A DNA stretch of 64,000 nt from Candidatus Angelobacter sp. (GTDB taxonomy: Bacteria; Acidobacteriota; Terriglobia; Terriglobales; Acidobacteriaceae), in NCBI GenBank assembly GCA_049802395.1, contig JBARMK010000236.1, positions 2,635-66,634 on the forward strand, given 5' to 3'. The position numbers and the translations under genes were made by a program. A model generated the notes under the pieces. It searched no databases. It saw nothing but the letters and a program-made list of their open reading frames with translations, and had not been told where the DNA came from. Numbering within the stretch: the first letter of the stretch is position 1; every line of letters begins with the position of its first letter. Below, in pieces: positions 9,088 through 19,069 of this stretch.

Positions 9088-10515
9088 CTACTGGACCTCC
9101 TTGTAATGGGTGAGACCGAGTCCGGGCAGTGAGCGATCGAAATAAAGATCGCCATCGATCAGCACCTTGTCCACCAGCGCGGCGGAAGAAAGCGGATAGC
9201 TGTTCCATATCGAAATATCCGCGTCTTTACCCACGTCTATGGAGCCTACACGGTCTTCGACGCCGATGATCCATGCCGGGTTCAACGTGATGGCCTTCAA
9301 CGCTTCTTCCTCAGTCAGGCCGTAATGCATGATCTTGCCCGCTTCCTGGTTCAAACGGCGGGTCACGTCTTCTGAATCGCTCTTGAGCGCCACCCGCACG
9401 CCTTTGTGCGCCGAGATTGCGGCGTTCCAGGGAATGCCGTCCCAGGCTTCGTACTTGAAGCCCCACCAGTCGGGCCAGGTGGCGATGGCGATGCCGTTGG
9501 CGGCAATCTTGTCGGCTACTTTGTATGCTTCCAGCGCGTGATGGAACGCGCGAATCTTGTAGCCAAACTCTTTAGCCATGGCCATCTCGGTGAGGAATTC
9601 GTCGGCGCGATAGCAGTGGATCTGCACCAGCAGCTTGCCACGGAGAATGTCCGCCAGGGCTTCCAGCTTCAGGTCTTTTTTGGGCGGCGTGGCGTCCTTG
9701 TCGCCTTTCTTCACTTTGGCGTCGTACTCGTCCCATGTGCGCATGTACTCGCGCGCTTCAATGAAGGCAGCACGCATGACTTCAAAGTTACCCATGCGCG
9801 TGGAGGGAAGCTGGTTCTTGCTGCCATACACGCGTTTCGGGTTCTCACCGCTGGCGAACTTGATGGACTGCGGGGCCCCGGGAAAGATCAGTTCGTCGCG
9901 CCCAAGCCCGTATTTGTGCTTGATGACTACAGCCTGGCCGCCAATCATGTTGGCTGAGCCATGCAGCAGCAGCGAGGTGGTCACGCCGCCGGCTAGCGCG
10001 CGATAGATGGCTTTGTCGTTGTAGTCAAAAGCATCGCGCATCATCATGTGCGGCGTAATCGGGCTGGTGGCCTCATTTACGTCGTCATCGAGCGCGATGT
10101 GGGAGTGCGAATCGATGATTCCGGGCATCACAAACTTGCCCGTAGTGTCAATCATCGTGGCCCCGGCGGGCGCTTGCACGCTTTGGCCCACAGCGGCGAT
10201 CTTTCCATTGTGAATATAAATGCTGCCATTTTCGATCTTGCCGTGGGTCACCGTCAGTATGGTTCCGCCTTTAATCACCACGTCATTGTGGATGGCAGGT
10301 GTGGCTGGCGCGGCTTTCTGGTTCGGGGTGGCGTTTTCCGTGACCGCGCTGGCTTTGGATTCAGTTCCGGGAGAGGCTTTTTCCGGACTGGAAGGATTCG
10401 GAGATGCCGAAGAAGGCTGCTGTGTGTTTGGTGGTTGCTGCGCTAAGGCAAGACTGCTCAGCGCCCAACACAACGACAGCAGCATCACTCGATATAAATG
10501 AGAGCGACGCGCCAT
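9088..10515 (-). CDS. secreted amidohydrolase-superfamily protein (paralog A, canonical HxH)
   Basis: Signal peptide from ATG 10515. PGIIDSHSHIAL metal-ligand motif and C-terminal GSIDVGKDADISIW are typical of the imidazolonepropionase-like amidohydrolase group. Confidence 0.87.
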   Translation of the reverse strand: MARRSHLYRVMLLSLCWALSSLALAQQPPNTQQPSSASPNPSSPEKASPGTESKASAVTENATPNQKAAPATPAIHNDVVIKGGTILTVTHGKIENGSIYIHNGKIAAVGQSVQAPAGATMIDTTGKFVMPGIIDSHSHIALDDDVNEATSPITPHMMMRDAFDYNDKAIYRALAGGVTTSLLLHGSANMIGGQAVVIKHKYGLGRDELIFPGAPQSIKFASGENPKRVYGSKNQLPSTRMGNFEVMRAAFIEAREYMRTWDEYDAKVKKGDKDATPPKKDLKLEALADILRGKLLVQIHCYRADEFLTEMAMAKEFGYKIRAFHHALEAYKVADKIAANGIAIATWPDWWGFKYEAWDGIPWNAAISAHKGVRVALKSDSEDVTRRLNQEAGKIMHYGLTEEEALKAITLNPAWIIGVEDRVGSIDVGKDADISIWNSYPLSSAALVDKVLIDGDLYFDRSLPGLGLTHYKEVQ

Positions 10516-10877
10516 GCTTGAACTCCTGAAACGGGAATGAAGAACCCGCGATTTTATGGGAGCAAATAACAAATGGCAATCGTCAAAAATCGTAATGCGT
10601 TTCGTCCCTTTACGACTGTCAATTCACTTAATTTGCGAGGTTGATGAGAGTTCTCGTGGCAACTCCATCGATGGCAAAAGTCTTTTACATTGCTATTGTG
10701 CCGGTCCTGCAATGATGTGCGGGTGCTCAAGATTCTGCCGATTGCGGTAATTGACTGGCTGATGGGCAATCATTTTGAGACCGGACTGACAGTTTTGAAA
10801 GCTGTGGGCCAAGAAGTAGGGCCTCTACTGAACGCGACATCGAAGATCGTGCTTTCCGCCTGCTATCATCGAACTCC

Positions 10878-11327
10878 ATGCGCGTCATAGTCCAGAGAGT
10901 CAGGCGTTGCCGTGTGACGGTGGATGGTGATGTTGTGGGTGAAATCGGCCCAGGCCTGCTGGTACTGCTGGGCGTGAGCAAGACCGACAGCGAGGCGGCC
11001 GCAGATTATCTCGTCGGCAAAATTCTTGGCCTGCGCATTTTTGAAGACGCTGAAGGAAAGATGAATCTCTCTGTGCACGACGCTGGAGGGGCGGCGTTAG
11101 TGGTTTCGCAGTTCACACTTTACGGTGAGGTCCGGCGGGGCCGCAGGCCGTCGTTCGACGCTGCGGCGCGTCCAGAAGAGGCAAAGCGGCTTTATGAATA
11201 TTTCGTCGAGAAGGTCATGTCTGCGGGACTGCGCTGCGAGACCGGACAATTTCAGGCCATGATGGAGGTGGAACTGGTTAACTCCGGGCCGGTTACGATC
11301 ATGCTGGATTCGGAAAAAACCTTTTAA
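10878..11327 (+). CDS. dtd: D-aminoacyl-tRNA deacylase
   Basis: 149 aa. MRVIVQRV... and the C-terminal NSGPVTIMLDS motif are present. Confidence 0.95.
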   Translation: MRVIVQRVRRCRVTVDGDVVGEIGPGLLVLLGVSKTDSEAAADYLVGKILGLRIFEDAEGKMNLSVHDAGGAALVVSQFTLYGEVRRGRRPSFDAAARPEEAKRLYEYFVEKVMSAGLRCETGQFQAMMEVELVNSGPVTIMLDSEKTF

Positions 11328-11392
11328 TCACAAAGGTTCACAAAGAAATTCAAAACTTCAAAGTCCTTCGTAGCTCCTTCATGTCCTTGGGT

Positions 11393-12286
11393 TCAGACCT
11401 GGCTTCGGCGTGCCTGAAGAATTTCATCCGCAATTTTTACAGCCTCTACCGCTGCCTTCACATCGTGCACCCGCACTACGTGGGCGCCCTTAAGAATGGA
11501 GGCCGTCATCGCGGCCAGAGACCCATGCAGACGCTGATCGGCTGGCGCGTCTTTACCGTCGCGGGCCAGAGTGCGTCCGATGAAGGATTTCCTTGATGTT
11601 CCTACCAGCAAAGGGAAGCCGAGATCGTGGAGCTGATTGAGGCCCGCCAGCAGCGGATAGTTCTGCTCAAACTTTTTTCCAAAACCGATGCCGACATCGA
11701 GCATGATCCGGTCTCTGGCGATGGCGTGGCCCGTAGCGGCCTGTGCATATTCGCGCAGCTCGGATTTCACTTCGGCAACAATATCAGCCGATGGAGGCAG
11801 GTCGCGCCACTCCTGCGGACGCCCGCGCGTGTGCATCAGGACCACGCCGCATGCCATATCGGCAATGGCAGTGGCCATCTGCTCGTCCCAGCGCAGGGCG
11901 CTCACGTCATTCACGATCTCGCAACCAGCGTCGATTGCGGCACGCGCTACCTCAGCCTTATAAGTGTCAACGGAGAGAATTGCGCCGGGGTGTTCGCGCA
12001 GCACGTCTTCTATCACGGGCATGATGCGGCGCAGCTCTTCGGCGGCGGGAATGCCGCTTTCAACCACCGGAGTTCCGGGGCGGGTGGACTCGCCGCCAAT
12101 GTCGAGCAGGCCGGCGCCGTCATCCAGCATCTTAAGCGCCTGGGCCACAGCGCGATCGCGGGAGAGAAACTTACCGCCATCGGAAAACGAATCCGGCGTG
12201 ACGTTGAGGATCCCCATTACCAGCGTGCGCGGACCCAACTCAAGCTCGCGCGAGCGCAGTCGCCATAGATAATGAGGCCTGACCAT
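11393..12286 (-). CDS. folP: dihydropteroate synthase
   Basis: GILNVTPDSFSDGG and the pterin-binding barrel pattern are present. ATG 12286; a GTG one codon upstream is also possible. Confidence 0.93.
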   Translation of the reverse strand: MVRPHYLWRLRSRELELGPRTLVMGILNVTPDSFSDGGKFLSRDRAVAQALKMLDDGAGLLDIGGESTRPGTPVVESGIPAAEELRRIMPVIEDVLREHPGAILSVDTYKAEVARAAIDAGCEIVNDVSALRWDEQMATAIADMACGVVLMHTRGRPQEWRDLPPSADIVAEVKSELREYAQAATGHAIARDRIMLDVGIGFGKKFEQNYPLLAGLNQLHDLGFPLLVGTSRKSFIGRTLARDGKDAPADQRLHGSLAAMTASILKGAHVVRVHDVKAAVEAVKIADEILQARRSQV

Positions 12287-12315
12287 CACGCGATTGTATA
12301 ATCTGGGTCATTCCC

Positions 12316-13944
12316 ATGCGGCATCGTTCATCCCTCCGGGCGCTTTATGCGTTAGCTCTGCTGCTGACGCTTCAGTTCTCCGCCGTGGCGGCGAAAAAGC
12401 CCACGCCGAAAGAAGATTTAGCCAAAGAAATCACCTCGGTTGTGAGCCAGCCGCCGCTGGACCGCGCGCACTGGGGCGTGGACGTGGTTGACCTGGACAC
12501 AGGCAAGGCGCTCTATTCGCAAAATTCCGACCAGCTATTTCTTCCAGCTTCGAACGCCAAGCTTTTTACCACGGCCGCCGCGCTGGCGATAGCTGGCCCC
12601 GACTATCGCTTTCGCACCACGGTGGAAGCCGAAGGAAAGATTGACGTCCATGGCCGCCTCCTCGGCGACCTGGTGATTGTGGGGCGCGGAGATCCCAACA
12701 TTTCCGGCCGTACTCTGCCTTACGCGCTCAAAACGCAGCGTACGCCGCCGCACACACAGATTCTTGAGGAAATGGCCGACCAGGTGGTGCGCAGCGGGCT
12801 GAAGATTGTAGATGGCGACCTGATCGGCGATGACACTTACTACGATTTTGAGCGCTACGCCGAGGGCTGGGCGCAGGACGACTTGCAGTGGATTGACGGC
12901 GCGCCGGTTTCAGCGCTTACATTCAATGACAATGTGGTGTTTGTGAACATTCTGCCCGGCGAACAGCCGGGCGACAAAGCGCTGATCACGGTCGAGCCTG
13001 AAAACGCCTATTATGAAATCGACAATCGAATCGTGACGACGGCGACCGGCATCACGAAAAGGATTGGCATCCATCGCGATCCGGGATCGAAAAAGATTGT
13101 CCTGTGGGGATCGCTGCCCCTGGGCGATGCGGGATTGAAAGAGCCGCTGACTATTGAAGATCCGGCGGAATTCGTTGCGCAGCTCTTTCGTACGCTGCTG
13201 GAGCGGCGCGGGATCACCATCCGCGGCAAAGCGCGGGCGCGCCATGGCGAAGCCGCGCAGTTCTTTGATCCGGTTCAGCTCCCGCTGAAGGACCCCACTC
13301 CGGCGGTTAAACCGCCGGCTGCGGGTATCGATACCGCCGTTGTCAATCCTCCCGTGGCGCAGGCAAACGTTGTTTCGGCCAATACGGTTCTGGCCGAGCA
13401 TTTATCGACGCCTTTTCTTGACGACGTGCGCGTGACCAATAAGACCAGCCAGAATCTTCATGCGGAGTTGGCCCTGCGGCTGGCGGGAAAGCTGAGCGGA
13501 ATGGGCAGCTCGTTTGAAGGCGGAAGCGCGGCAGTAAAACAGTTTCTGCTGCATGCCGGCCTTAAGGAAGACGAATTTGTGTTTCTGGATGGCTCGGGGC
13601 TTTCGCGGCGCGACCTGGTTACGCCCGCCGCAACGGTGCAACTTCTGATTTATGCGGCACGGCAGCCGTGGGGGCCGGCATTCGAGGAGTCGCTGCCGGT
13701 CAGCGGAGTGGATGGCTCTCTGGCCGATCGTTTTTTGAACACGCCTGCGGGCGGGTTAGTCCATGCGAAGACAGGATCGTTGAGCCATGTGAACGCGCTC
13801 TCCGGTTACGGACAGACAAAGTCGGGCCGGAGGTTTGTGTTTTCGATTTTTTGTAACAACCACAATGTCCCCGGATCCAAAGCTCTGGCAGCGATAGATG
13901 CAGTGGTGAGGGCAGTGGTGACGGAGGGGAGCTCGGCCAAGTAA
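12316..13944 (+). CDS. dacB: D-alanyl-D-alanine carboxypeptidase/endopeptidase (PBP4 family)
   Basis: Signal peptide, SxxK (ASNAK) and KTG (HAKTGSL) are present. The 542-aa length fits PBP4. Confidence 0.9.
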   Translation: MRHRSSLRALYALALLLTLQFSAVAAKKPTPKEDLAKEITSVVSQPPLDRAHWGVDVVDLDTGKALYSQNSDQLFLPASNAKLFTTAAALAIAGPDYRFRTTVEAEGKIDVHGRLLGDLVIVGRGDPNISGRTLPYALKTQRTPPHTQILEEMADQVVRSGLKIVDGDLIGDDTYYDFERYAEGWAQDDLQWIDGAPVSALTFNDNVVFVNILPGEQPGDKALITVEPENAYYEIDNRIVTTATGITKRIGIHRDPGSKKIVLWGSLPLGDAGLKEPLTIEDPAEFVAQLFRTLLERRGITIRGKARARHGEAAQFFDPVQLPLKDPTPAVKPPAAGIDTAVVNPPVAQANVVSANTVLAEHLSTPFLDDVRVTNKTSQNLHAELALRLAGKLSGMGSSFEGGSAAVKQFLLHAGLKEDEFVFLDGSGLSRRDLVTPAATVQLLIYAARQPWGPAFEESLPVSGVDGSLADRFLNTPAGGLVHAKTGSLSHVNALSGYGQTKSGRRFVFSIFCNNHNVPGSKALAAIDAVVRAVVTEGSSAK

Positions 13945-14057
13945 AGTAAAGACAGAGAAAATCCAGCGGCTGTTTTTCGGATTATCTTTTATTGCCGCTT
14001 CTCCTGCCGGCAAGTTGACGGATAACGGCCTTATCGGACAGCTGGTTGCAAAGGATA

Positions 14058-14081
14058 CCAAAGTATCGCACGATACCTTGG
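14058..14081. terminator. imperfect 11-bp inverted repeat CCAAAGTATCG-CA-CGATACCTTGG followed by a T-rich tract; dacB terminator or operator for the VOC gene
   Basis: Read from sequence, 10 of 11 positions complementary. TCCAATTGTTTTGCCTTTCC follows. Confidence 0.3.
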
Positions 14082-14187
14082 TCCAATTGTTTTGCCTTTC
14101 CTCGTCAGGCTTAATAGGCAGCAGGTATGAATACGAAGAACCAGAATCATCGGATGAGCATTGTTTATCGGAATTTTGGAGTCGTCA

Positions 14188-14634
14188 ATGAGCAGCGTAC
14201 AAATCGGACAGAAGAGCTATGAGATGCCCCCGCGAGAAGGGATCAGCATCGCGCATTTTCTCACAGTCGCCGACATCGAGCGATCGGCTCGCTACTACGA
14301 AAAAGTCTTCGGCGCTCGCATTCTGAGCCTAGGTGACGGCAACGCGCCTGGGTACCTTCAGCTCGCGAATACCTGGATGATTCTGAACGTTGGAGGCGGG
14401 CCGACGCCGGATAAGCCGACGGTAACGCTCAGCGTCCCCGACCCTAATCACATCAACAGCTTTATGAATTTCCGCGTTGCGGATATTCACGCGTGCTATG
14501 AATTATGGAAAAGTCGAGGAGCGGAGTTCATCACGGAGCCGATCCCCAAGTACGGCGAGACGCGCTGCTACATCCGCGATCCTGACGGATATATTATCGA
14601 GGTCGGACAGAGCACCGATCTCACGTACGGCTGA
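14188..14634 (+). CDS. VOC/glyoxalase-family protein
   Basis: ATG 14188 lies 6 nt after GGAG. It has the beta-alpha-beta-beta-beta type pattern with the C-terminal YIRDPDGYIIEV motif. Confidence 0.8.
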   Translation: MSSVQIGQKSYEMPPREGISIAHFLTVADIERSARYYEKVFGARILSLGDGNAPGYLQLANTWMILNVGGGPTPDKPTVTLSVPDPNHINSFMNFRVADIHACYELWKSRGAEFITEPIPKYGETRCYIRDPDGYIIEVGQSTDLTYG

Positions 14635-14688
14635 CGCTCGGCCTACTTGCATTCATTTTTATTCAAAGCGCTAGGTTAGAATCTTGCG

Positions 14689-15879
14689 ATGCAAGCTCGC
14701 CTTCCACTTGCCGGCATACGCGTTATTGATTTTGGCCGTTTCATTGCCGGGCCGTATTGCGCCATGCTGCTGGGGGATATGGGCGCGGACGTGATTCGCG
14801 TGGACCGTCGCCACGGCAGCGAAGACCGTTACATCGCAGCAATCACTGAGAGCGGCGAAGGCGGCGGGTTTCTTTCGCTCAACCGCAACAAGCGCAACCT
14901 GACATTGGATACTTCGAAGCCGGAATCGGCTGAGATCATTCAAAAGCTGGTTCGTGGCGCGGATGTAGTGGTGGCGAACCTGCCGATGAACGTACTCAAG
15001 AGCATGCGGCTGGATTACGATTCGCTGAAGGCGATCAAGCCCGACATCATTCTTGCCCGCATTTCAACTTTCGGGCCGGATGGACCGTATGCCAATCGCG
15101 TTGGCTTTGACACGGTGGCGCAGGCGATGTCCGGAGCCATGGGCCTTACAGGATTTGCGGGCACGCCGGTCCGCGACATTGTTCCTTTTGAAGATTACGG
15201 CACGGCGCTGCATACGGCTTTTGGCGTGATGGTGGCGCTTTATCATCGGGCGCAGACAGGGCAGGGACAGATCGTGGATGGCTCTTTGCTCGCTACGGGC
15301 ATCACGTTTGTGCAGGGTTTGCTGGCGGAGCGAGCGGTGCTGGGCGTGGAGCGCCGTCCTCTGGGTAACACAAGTTTTTACACGGCGCCGGCCGATGCCT
15401 ACCAGACCAGAGACGGCTGGATCGTGGTTTCTACCGTGGGCAATGACATGTTTGCCCGCTGGGCGCGTCTGGTTGGACGCGAGGATTTCATCATTGATCC
15501 ACGCTTTGCCGGCGACCAGTTTCGCGCAGACAATCGCGCGGCAATAACCGAGGCGATGAATAACTGGCTGGCTTCGCGAACGACGGAGCAGGCCATTGCC
15601 GAACTGGAAAAAGCCCGTGTGCCCGCTGGACCGGTACTCGACTTGCAGCAGGTGCTAGATGACCCGCAGGTAAAAGCGCGAGAGCTGCTGCGGTATATCG
15701 ATCATCCCGACGCGGCCAAACCGGTTCCGCTGGCTGATACGGCGGTCCGATTGTCGGCGACGCCGGGCAGCATTCGCATGCGAGCAGCCGCGCTGGGCGA
15801 GCATACGGACGAGGTGCTGCGGGAGATTGGATATTCCGATTCAGAGATTGCGAGTCTGCGGACGGCAGAGGTGGTTTAG
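14689..15879 (+). CDS. family III CoA-transferase (CaiB/BaiF type)
   Basis: 396 aa. LAGIRVIDFGRFIAGPYCAMLLGDMGADVI is the typical N-terminus of this family. Confidence 0.9.
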   Translation: MQARLPLAGIRVIDFGRFIAGPYCAMLLGDMGADVIRVDRRHGSEDRYIAAITESGEGGGFLSLNRNKRNLTLDTSKPESAEIIQKLVRGADVVVANLPMNVLKSMRLDYDSLKAIKPDIILARISTFGPDGPYANRVGFDTVAQAMSGAMGLTGFAGTPVRDIVPFEDYGTALHTAFGVMVALYHRAQTGQGQIVDGSLLATGITFVQGLLAERAVLGVERRPLGNTSFYTAPADAYQTRDGWIVVSTVGNDMFARWARLVGREDFIIDPRFAGDQFRADNRAAITEAMNNWLASRTTEQAIAELEKARVPAGPVLDLQQVLDDPQVKARELLRYIDHPDAAKPVPLADTAVRLSATPGSIRMRAAALGEHTDEVLREIGYSDSEIASLRTAEVV

Positions 15880-16254
15880 TTGGGAATAGAGCAGATTGGA
15901 AGAAGTGGATTGGCGTCGGCAAAAAAATTCACGCTAGAATGTCCCGGAACAGGAAGTTTGGGACACTATTAAGTAGGGCGCAGATTCGGTTTTCACGGGC
16001 TGAAGCCCACCATTTTTACCGAATAACGGCCTCGGCTGAAGCCGTGTCCTCATACGTGTTTGACCCAACTCTCTCGCGCTGGGCAACGGCGCTTCAGGGC
16101 TGACTGGGGAGAACTCCCTGAATCAGCATCGCGGCGGGAATAGAGCACCGGGATTCCTTCGACGCCGCGCCACCGACCTACGTCAAAGCGAAGAGCTTTT
16201 TCAGGCGCTCGCTCAGGATGAGGCCTTTGATAATTGTGGATTACCGTCCGGCTG

Positions 16255-16917
16255 CTAGCGTCTCTCTTCGCGCTTGAATTCCGTGCAGCGCAATGAGCCG
16301 TTCTGGTTCGCAATGTCCCCGGTGCATTTTTGCGCGTCGCGCAGCTGGGCCGCCACCCATTGGTCTTTGCCGTTGTTGCATGATGCGCGGAGCGTGGGTC
16401 CCTGCATCTGGATATCTTTGCAGGTGGCAAGGTAAGAGCCGGGTGGGAGCACGTCATTCACCACGCAGTTGAGAATTCCGTTGATATTGATGACACCGGC
16501 AGAGCAGCGATTGGCGTCGCGCAGCGAAGTGGGAGTTTCGCGGCCATCAAGGTTTTTACAGACGGCGTGGAGCGTGGTTCCCTTCATCGTTATATCTCGG
16601 CAGCTTTCGGAGTAAGAGCCTGGCGGCTGCGAGGGAGCGCCGCTGGCGCCAGACGTTCCGCTCGCGCCGCCCACGCACTTTAGGCTGCCGTTATTGTTTG
16701 CAATGTCCGAGCTGCACTTCTCATAGTTGGAGAGCTTGGCGGAGTGCGTTTTGCCTTTGTCGTTCTGGCATTTGGCGTACAGATTGCCCTTTTTGACCGA
16801 AATATCGCTGCACGTCTGCTGATAACTTCCCGGAGGATTGCCCGCCTGGGACGCATCCGGAGCGCCGCCCTGCCAGATTGCCATCGTAAGAACGATCATT
16901 GTACTTATGAAGTGCAT
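16255..16917 (-). CDS. secreted lectin-like protein with three cyanovirin-N-homology half-domain repeats
   Basis: ATG 16917 with GAGGGG upstream. Three 54-aa repeats (aa 28-81, 98-151, 158-211) each start PPGSY, carry 4 Cys at identical spacing, and end I(A/N)NxNGxLxC. Confidence 0.8.
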   Translation of the reverse strand: MHFISTMIVLTMAIWQGGAPDASQAGNPPGSYQQTCSDISVKKGNLYAKCQNDKGKTHSAKLSNYEKCSSDIANNNGSLKCVGGASGTSGASGAPSQPPGSYSESCRDITMKGTTLHAVCKNLDGRETPTSLRDANRCSAGVININGILNCVVNDVLPPGSYLATCKDIQMQGPTLRASCNNGKDQWVAAQLRDAQKCTGDIANQNGSLRCTEFKREERR

Positions 16918-17008
16918 GTAATGAATCCCCTCGTTCTCTACCGGTCTATGCGCCCAGTATAGTGGAGGTTCCGACCGTCGACAGAGAGAAATAATCCTCA
17001 CGGCGGTT

Positions 17009-18658
17009 ATGGTTTCATTTATTAAGATGTCTACTCATGGGCCGGAAGAAATCGTGACAGCCGCAGGCAAACCGGACGCTCCGGGCAATTCGACACATCT
17101 GGGAGTGGGGCGACATGCGTTTTTGGTGGCCGCAGGCATCTTCCTGAGCCGCATCGCGGGACTGGTACGCGACCGCATCTTTGCCCATTACTTCGGCATT
17201 ACATACGTTGCTGACGCCTTTAAGGCAGCGCTGCGCATTCCTAACACGTTGCAAAATCTCTTTGGCGAGGGCGTCTTATCGGCTTCTTTCATTCCGGTGT
17301 ATGCGAAACTTGTGGCCCAGAAAGACCGCGAAGAAGCCGGGCGGGTTGCGGGAGCGGTGTTTTCCATTCTGGCACTGATCACCGCGGTCCTGGTGCTGCT
17401 GGGAGTGCTGGCAACGCCCTACATCATTGACGTTATCGCATTTGGCTTCAAGGGTGAAACGCGGCGGCTGGCGATTCAACTGGTGCGAATCTTGTTTCCA
17501 GGCGTGGGCCTGCTGGTGATGTCCGCTTGGTGCCTGGGAATCCTCAACAGCCACGGCAAGTTCTTCCTTTCGTACGTTTCGCCGGTGATCTGGAATGCCG
17601 CATTCATCGTGGCCATGCTCTCCTTTGGCCGGCGAGCAGATATGCCACATCTGGCTGTTTATACCGCCTGGGGATCAGTGATTGGAAGCGGCCTGCAATT
17701 CCTGGTGCAGCTTCCGGTAGTGCTGAGGCTGGCTCCCGAATTACGGATCTTCTCCACGGCAATCACGGACAACGTTCGGGTTGTTATCAGGAACTTTGTT
17801 CCCGTGTTTTTCAGCCGGGGTGTGCTGCAGTTGAGCGCCTACATTGACGGATTGCTGGCCAGCCTTCTTCCTGTGGGCGGAGTATCCGCGCTGGCCAATG
17901 CACAGACTCTTTACACTCTTCCGGTCAGCCTATTCGGGATGTCGATCTCGGCGGCTGAGCTGCCGGCCATGTCGAGTACGCTGGGCACAGACGAGCAGGT
18001 GGCGGCAACGTTACGGCAAAGGATAGCAGCGAGCACGAAACGAGTAGGATTTTTTGTGGTTCCGTCAGCTCTGGGCTTTATTGCGCTGGGTGACGTGATT
18101 GTGGCAGCCATCTACCAGACCGGCGCCTTTTCTCATGCAGATGCAATCAAGGTTTGGCCTATTCTTGCCGGCTCAGGCATCGGCTTGGTGGCTTCCACGG
18201 TGGGGCGGCTTTACTCTTCCGCCTACTACGCGCTGCGTGATACGCGAACGCCTGTTCGTTTTGCTATCGTACGCGTAATTCTGACGACAGTGCTGGGTTA
18301 TGTGTGTTCACGTCCGCTGCCGAGGTTGCTGGGTGTTGACCCGTTCTGGGGCGCTGCAGGGCTAACGGCCTCCGCAGGGTTTGCCGCCTGGGTGGAATTT
18401 ACTTTGCTGCGTCGCGGAATGAATCAGAAGATTGGACAGACGGAATTCCCCGGCTCGTACTTTGCGCGGCTGTGGCTGGCAGCCGTGATCGCAGCAGTGG
18501 TGGGTTGGGGCATTAAGATTGGGCTGCATCCGCGACAGCCGCAGATCGCCGCGATGTCGATCTTGGGGCCGTATCTGGCAGTTTACCTGGGATTCACCAT
18601 GCTGTTTGGAGTGGAGCAGGCAGCGGCGTTGGTGAAGCGGGTGGTACGGTGGAGGTAA
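17009..18658 (+). CDS. murJ: lipid II flippase MurJ
   Basis: 549 aa and polytopic. N-terminal SRIAGLVRDRIFAHYFG and ALRIPNTLQNLFGEGVLSASFIPV motifs are present. Confidence 0.92.
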   Translation: MVSFIKMSTHGPEEIVTAAGKPDAPGNSTHLGVGRHAFLVAAGIFLSRIAGLVRDRIFAHYFGITYVADAFKAALRIPNTLQNLFGEGVLSASFIPVYAKLVAQKDREEAGRVAGAVFSILALITAVLVLLGVLATPYIIDVIAFGFKGETRRLAIQLVRILFPGVGLLVMSAWCLGILNSHGKFFLSYVSPVIWNAAFIVAMLSFGRRADMPHLAVYTAWGSVIGSGLQFLVQLPVVLRLAPELRIFSTAITDNVRVVIRNFVPVFFSRGVLQLSAYIDGLLASLLPVGGVSALANAQTLYTLPVSLFGMSISAAELPAMSSTLGTDEQVAATLRQRIAASTKRVGFFVVPSALGFIALGDVIVAAIYQTGAFSHADAIKVWPILAGSGIGLVASTVGRLYSSAYYALRDTRTPVRFAIVRVILTTVLGYVCSRPLPRLLGVDPFWGAAGLTASAGFAAWVEFTLLRRGMNQKIGQTEFPGSYFARLWLAAVIAAVVGWGIKIGLHPRQPQIAAMSILGPYLAVYLGFTMLFGVEQAAALVKRVVRWR

Positions 18659-18785
18659 TTTTGGATGAAGATGAGAATAGCCGCAGATCACGCAGGTTGA
18701 ATTTCGAAGTTAGGCGGGGCAGAAGGTGGAGGAACTTGCAACGGCTATAGGGCTCCCGCGCAGCGCTCGGGATTTCAGAAAAAAG

Positions 18786-18995
18786 CTAGCCGATCACCCG
18801 CATGTTGGTCCAGTCATATTCAAACTTATGGCCGCAATCGAGACAGACCACGTAATGCTGGCCAGCAGGAGCTGGTATATCCCAGTCTGAGTTCACGGCC
18901 CGCCGTACGCTGGCGGCAGCCGAGGCGGCAAATGGCTGCGAAAGCTTTTTGTGAGAGCAGCGAATCGAGAGTAGCTGGAGAATCTTGTTGACCAT
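18786..18995 (-). CDS. small Cys/His zinc-ribbon-like protein
   Basis: 69 aa with CSH...CLDCGH. It lies 74 nt downstream of and co-oriented with the bactofilin gene, with a purine-rich RBS region. Confidence 0.45.
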   Translation of the reverse strand: MVNKILQLLSIRCSHKKLSQPFAASAAASVRRAVNSDWDIPAPAGQHYVVCLDCGHKFEYDWTNMRVIG

Positions 18996-19069
18996 GAGAC
19001 TTCTTTTCTTCGGTTAAAGCCCATTCGAGGGCGCTTCCGCGCGGAAACGCCCTCAAACGAGGAATGGAA

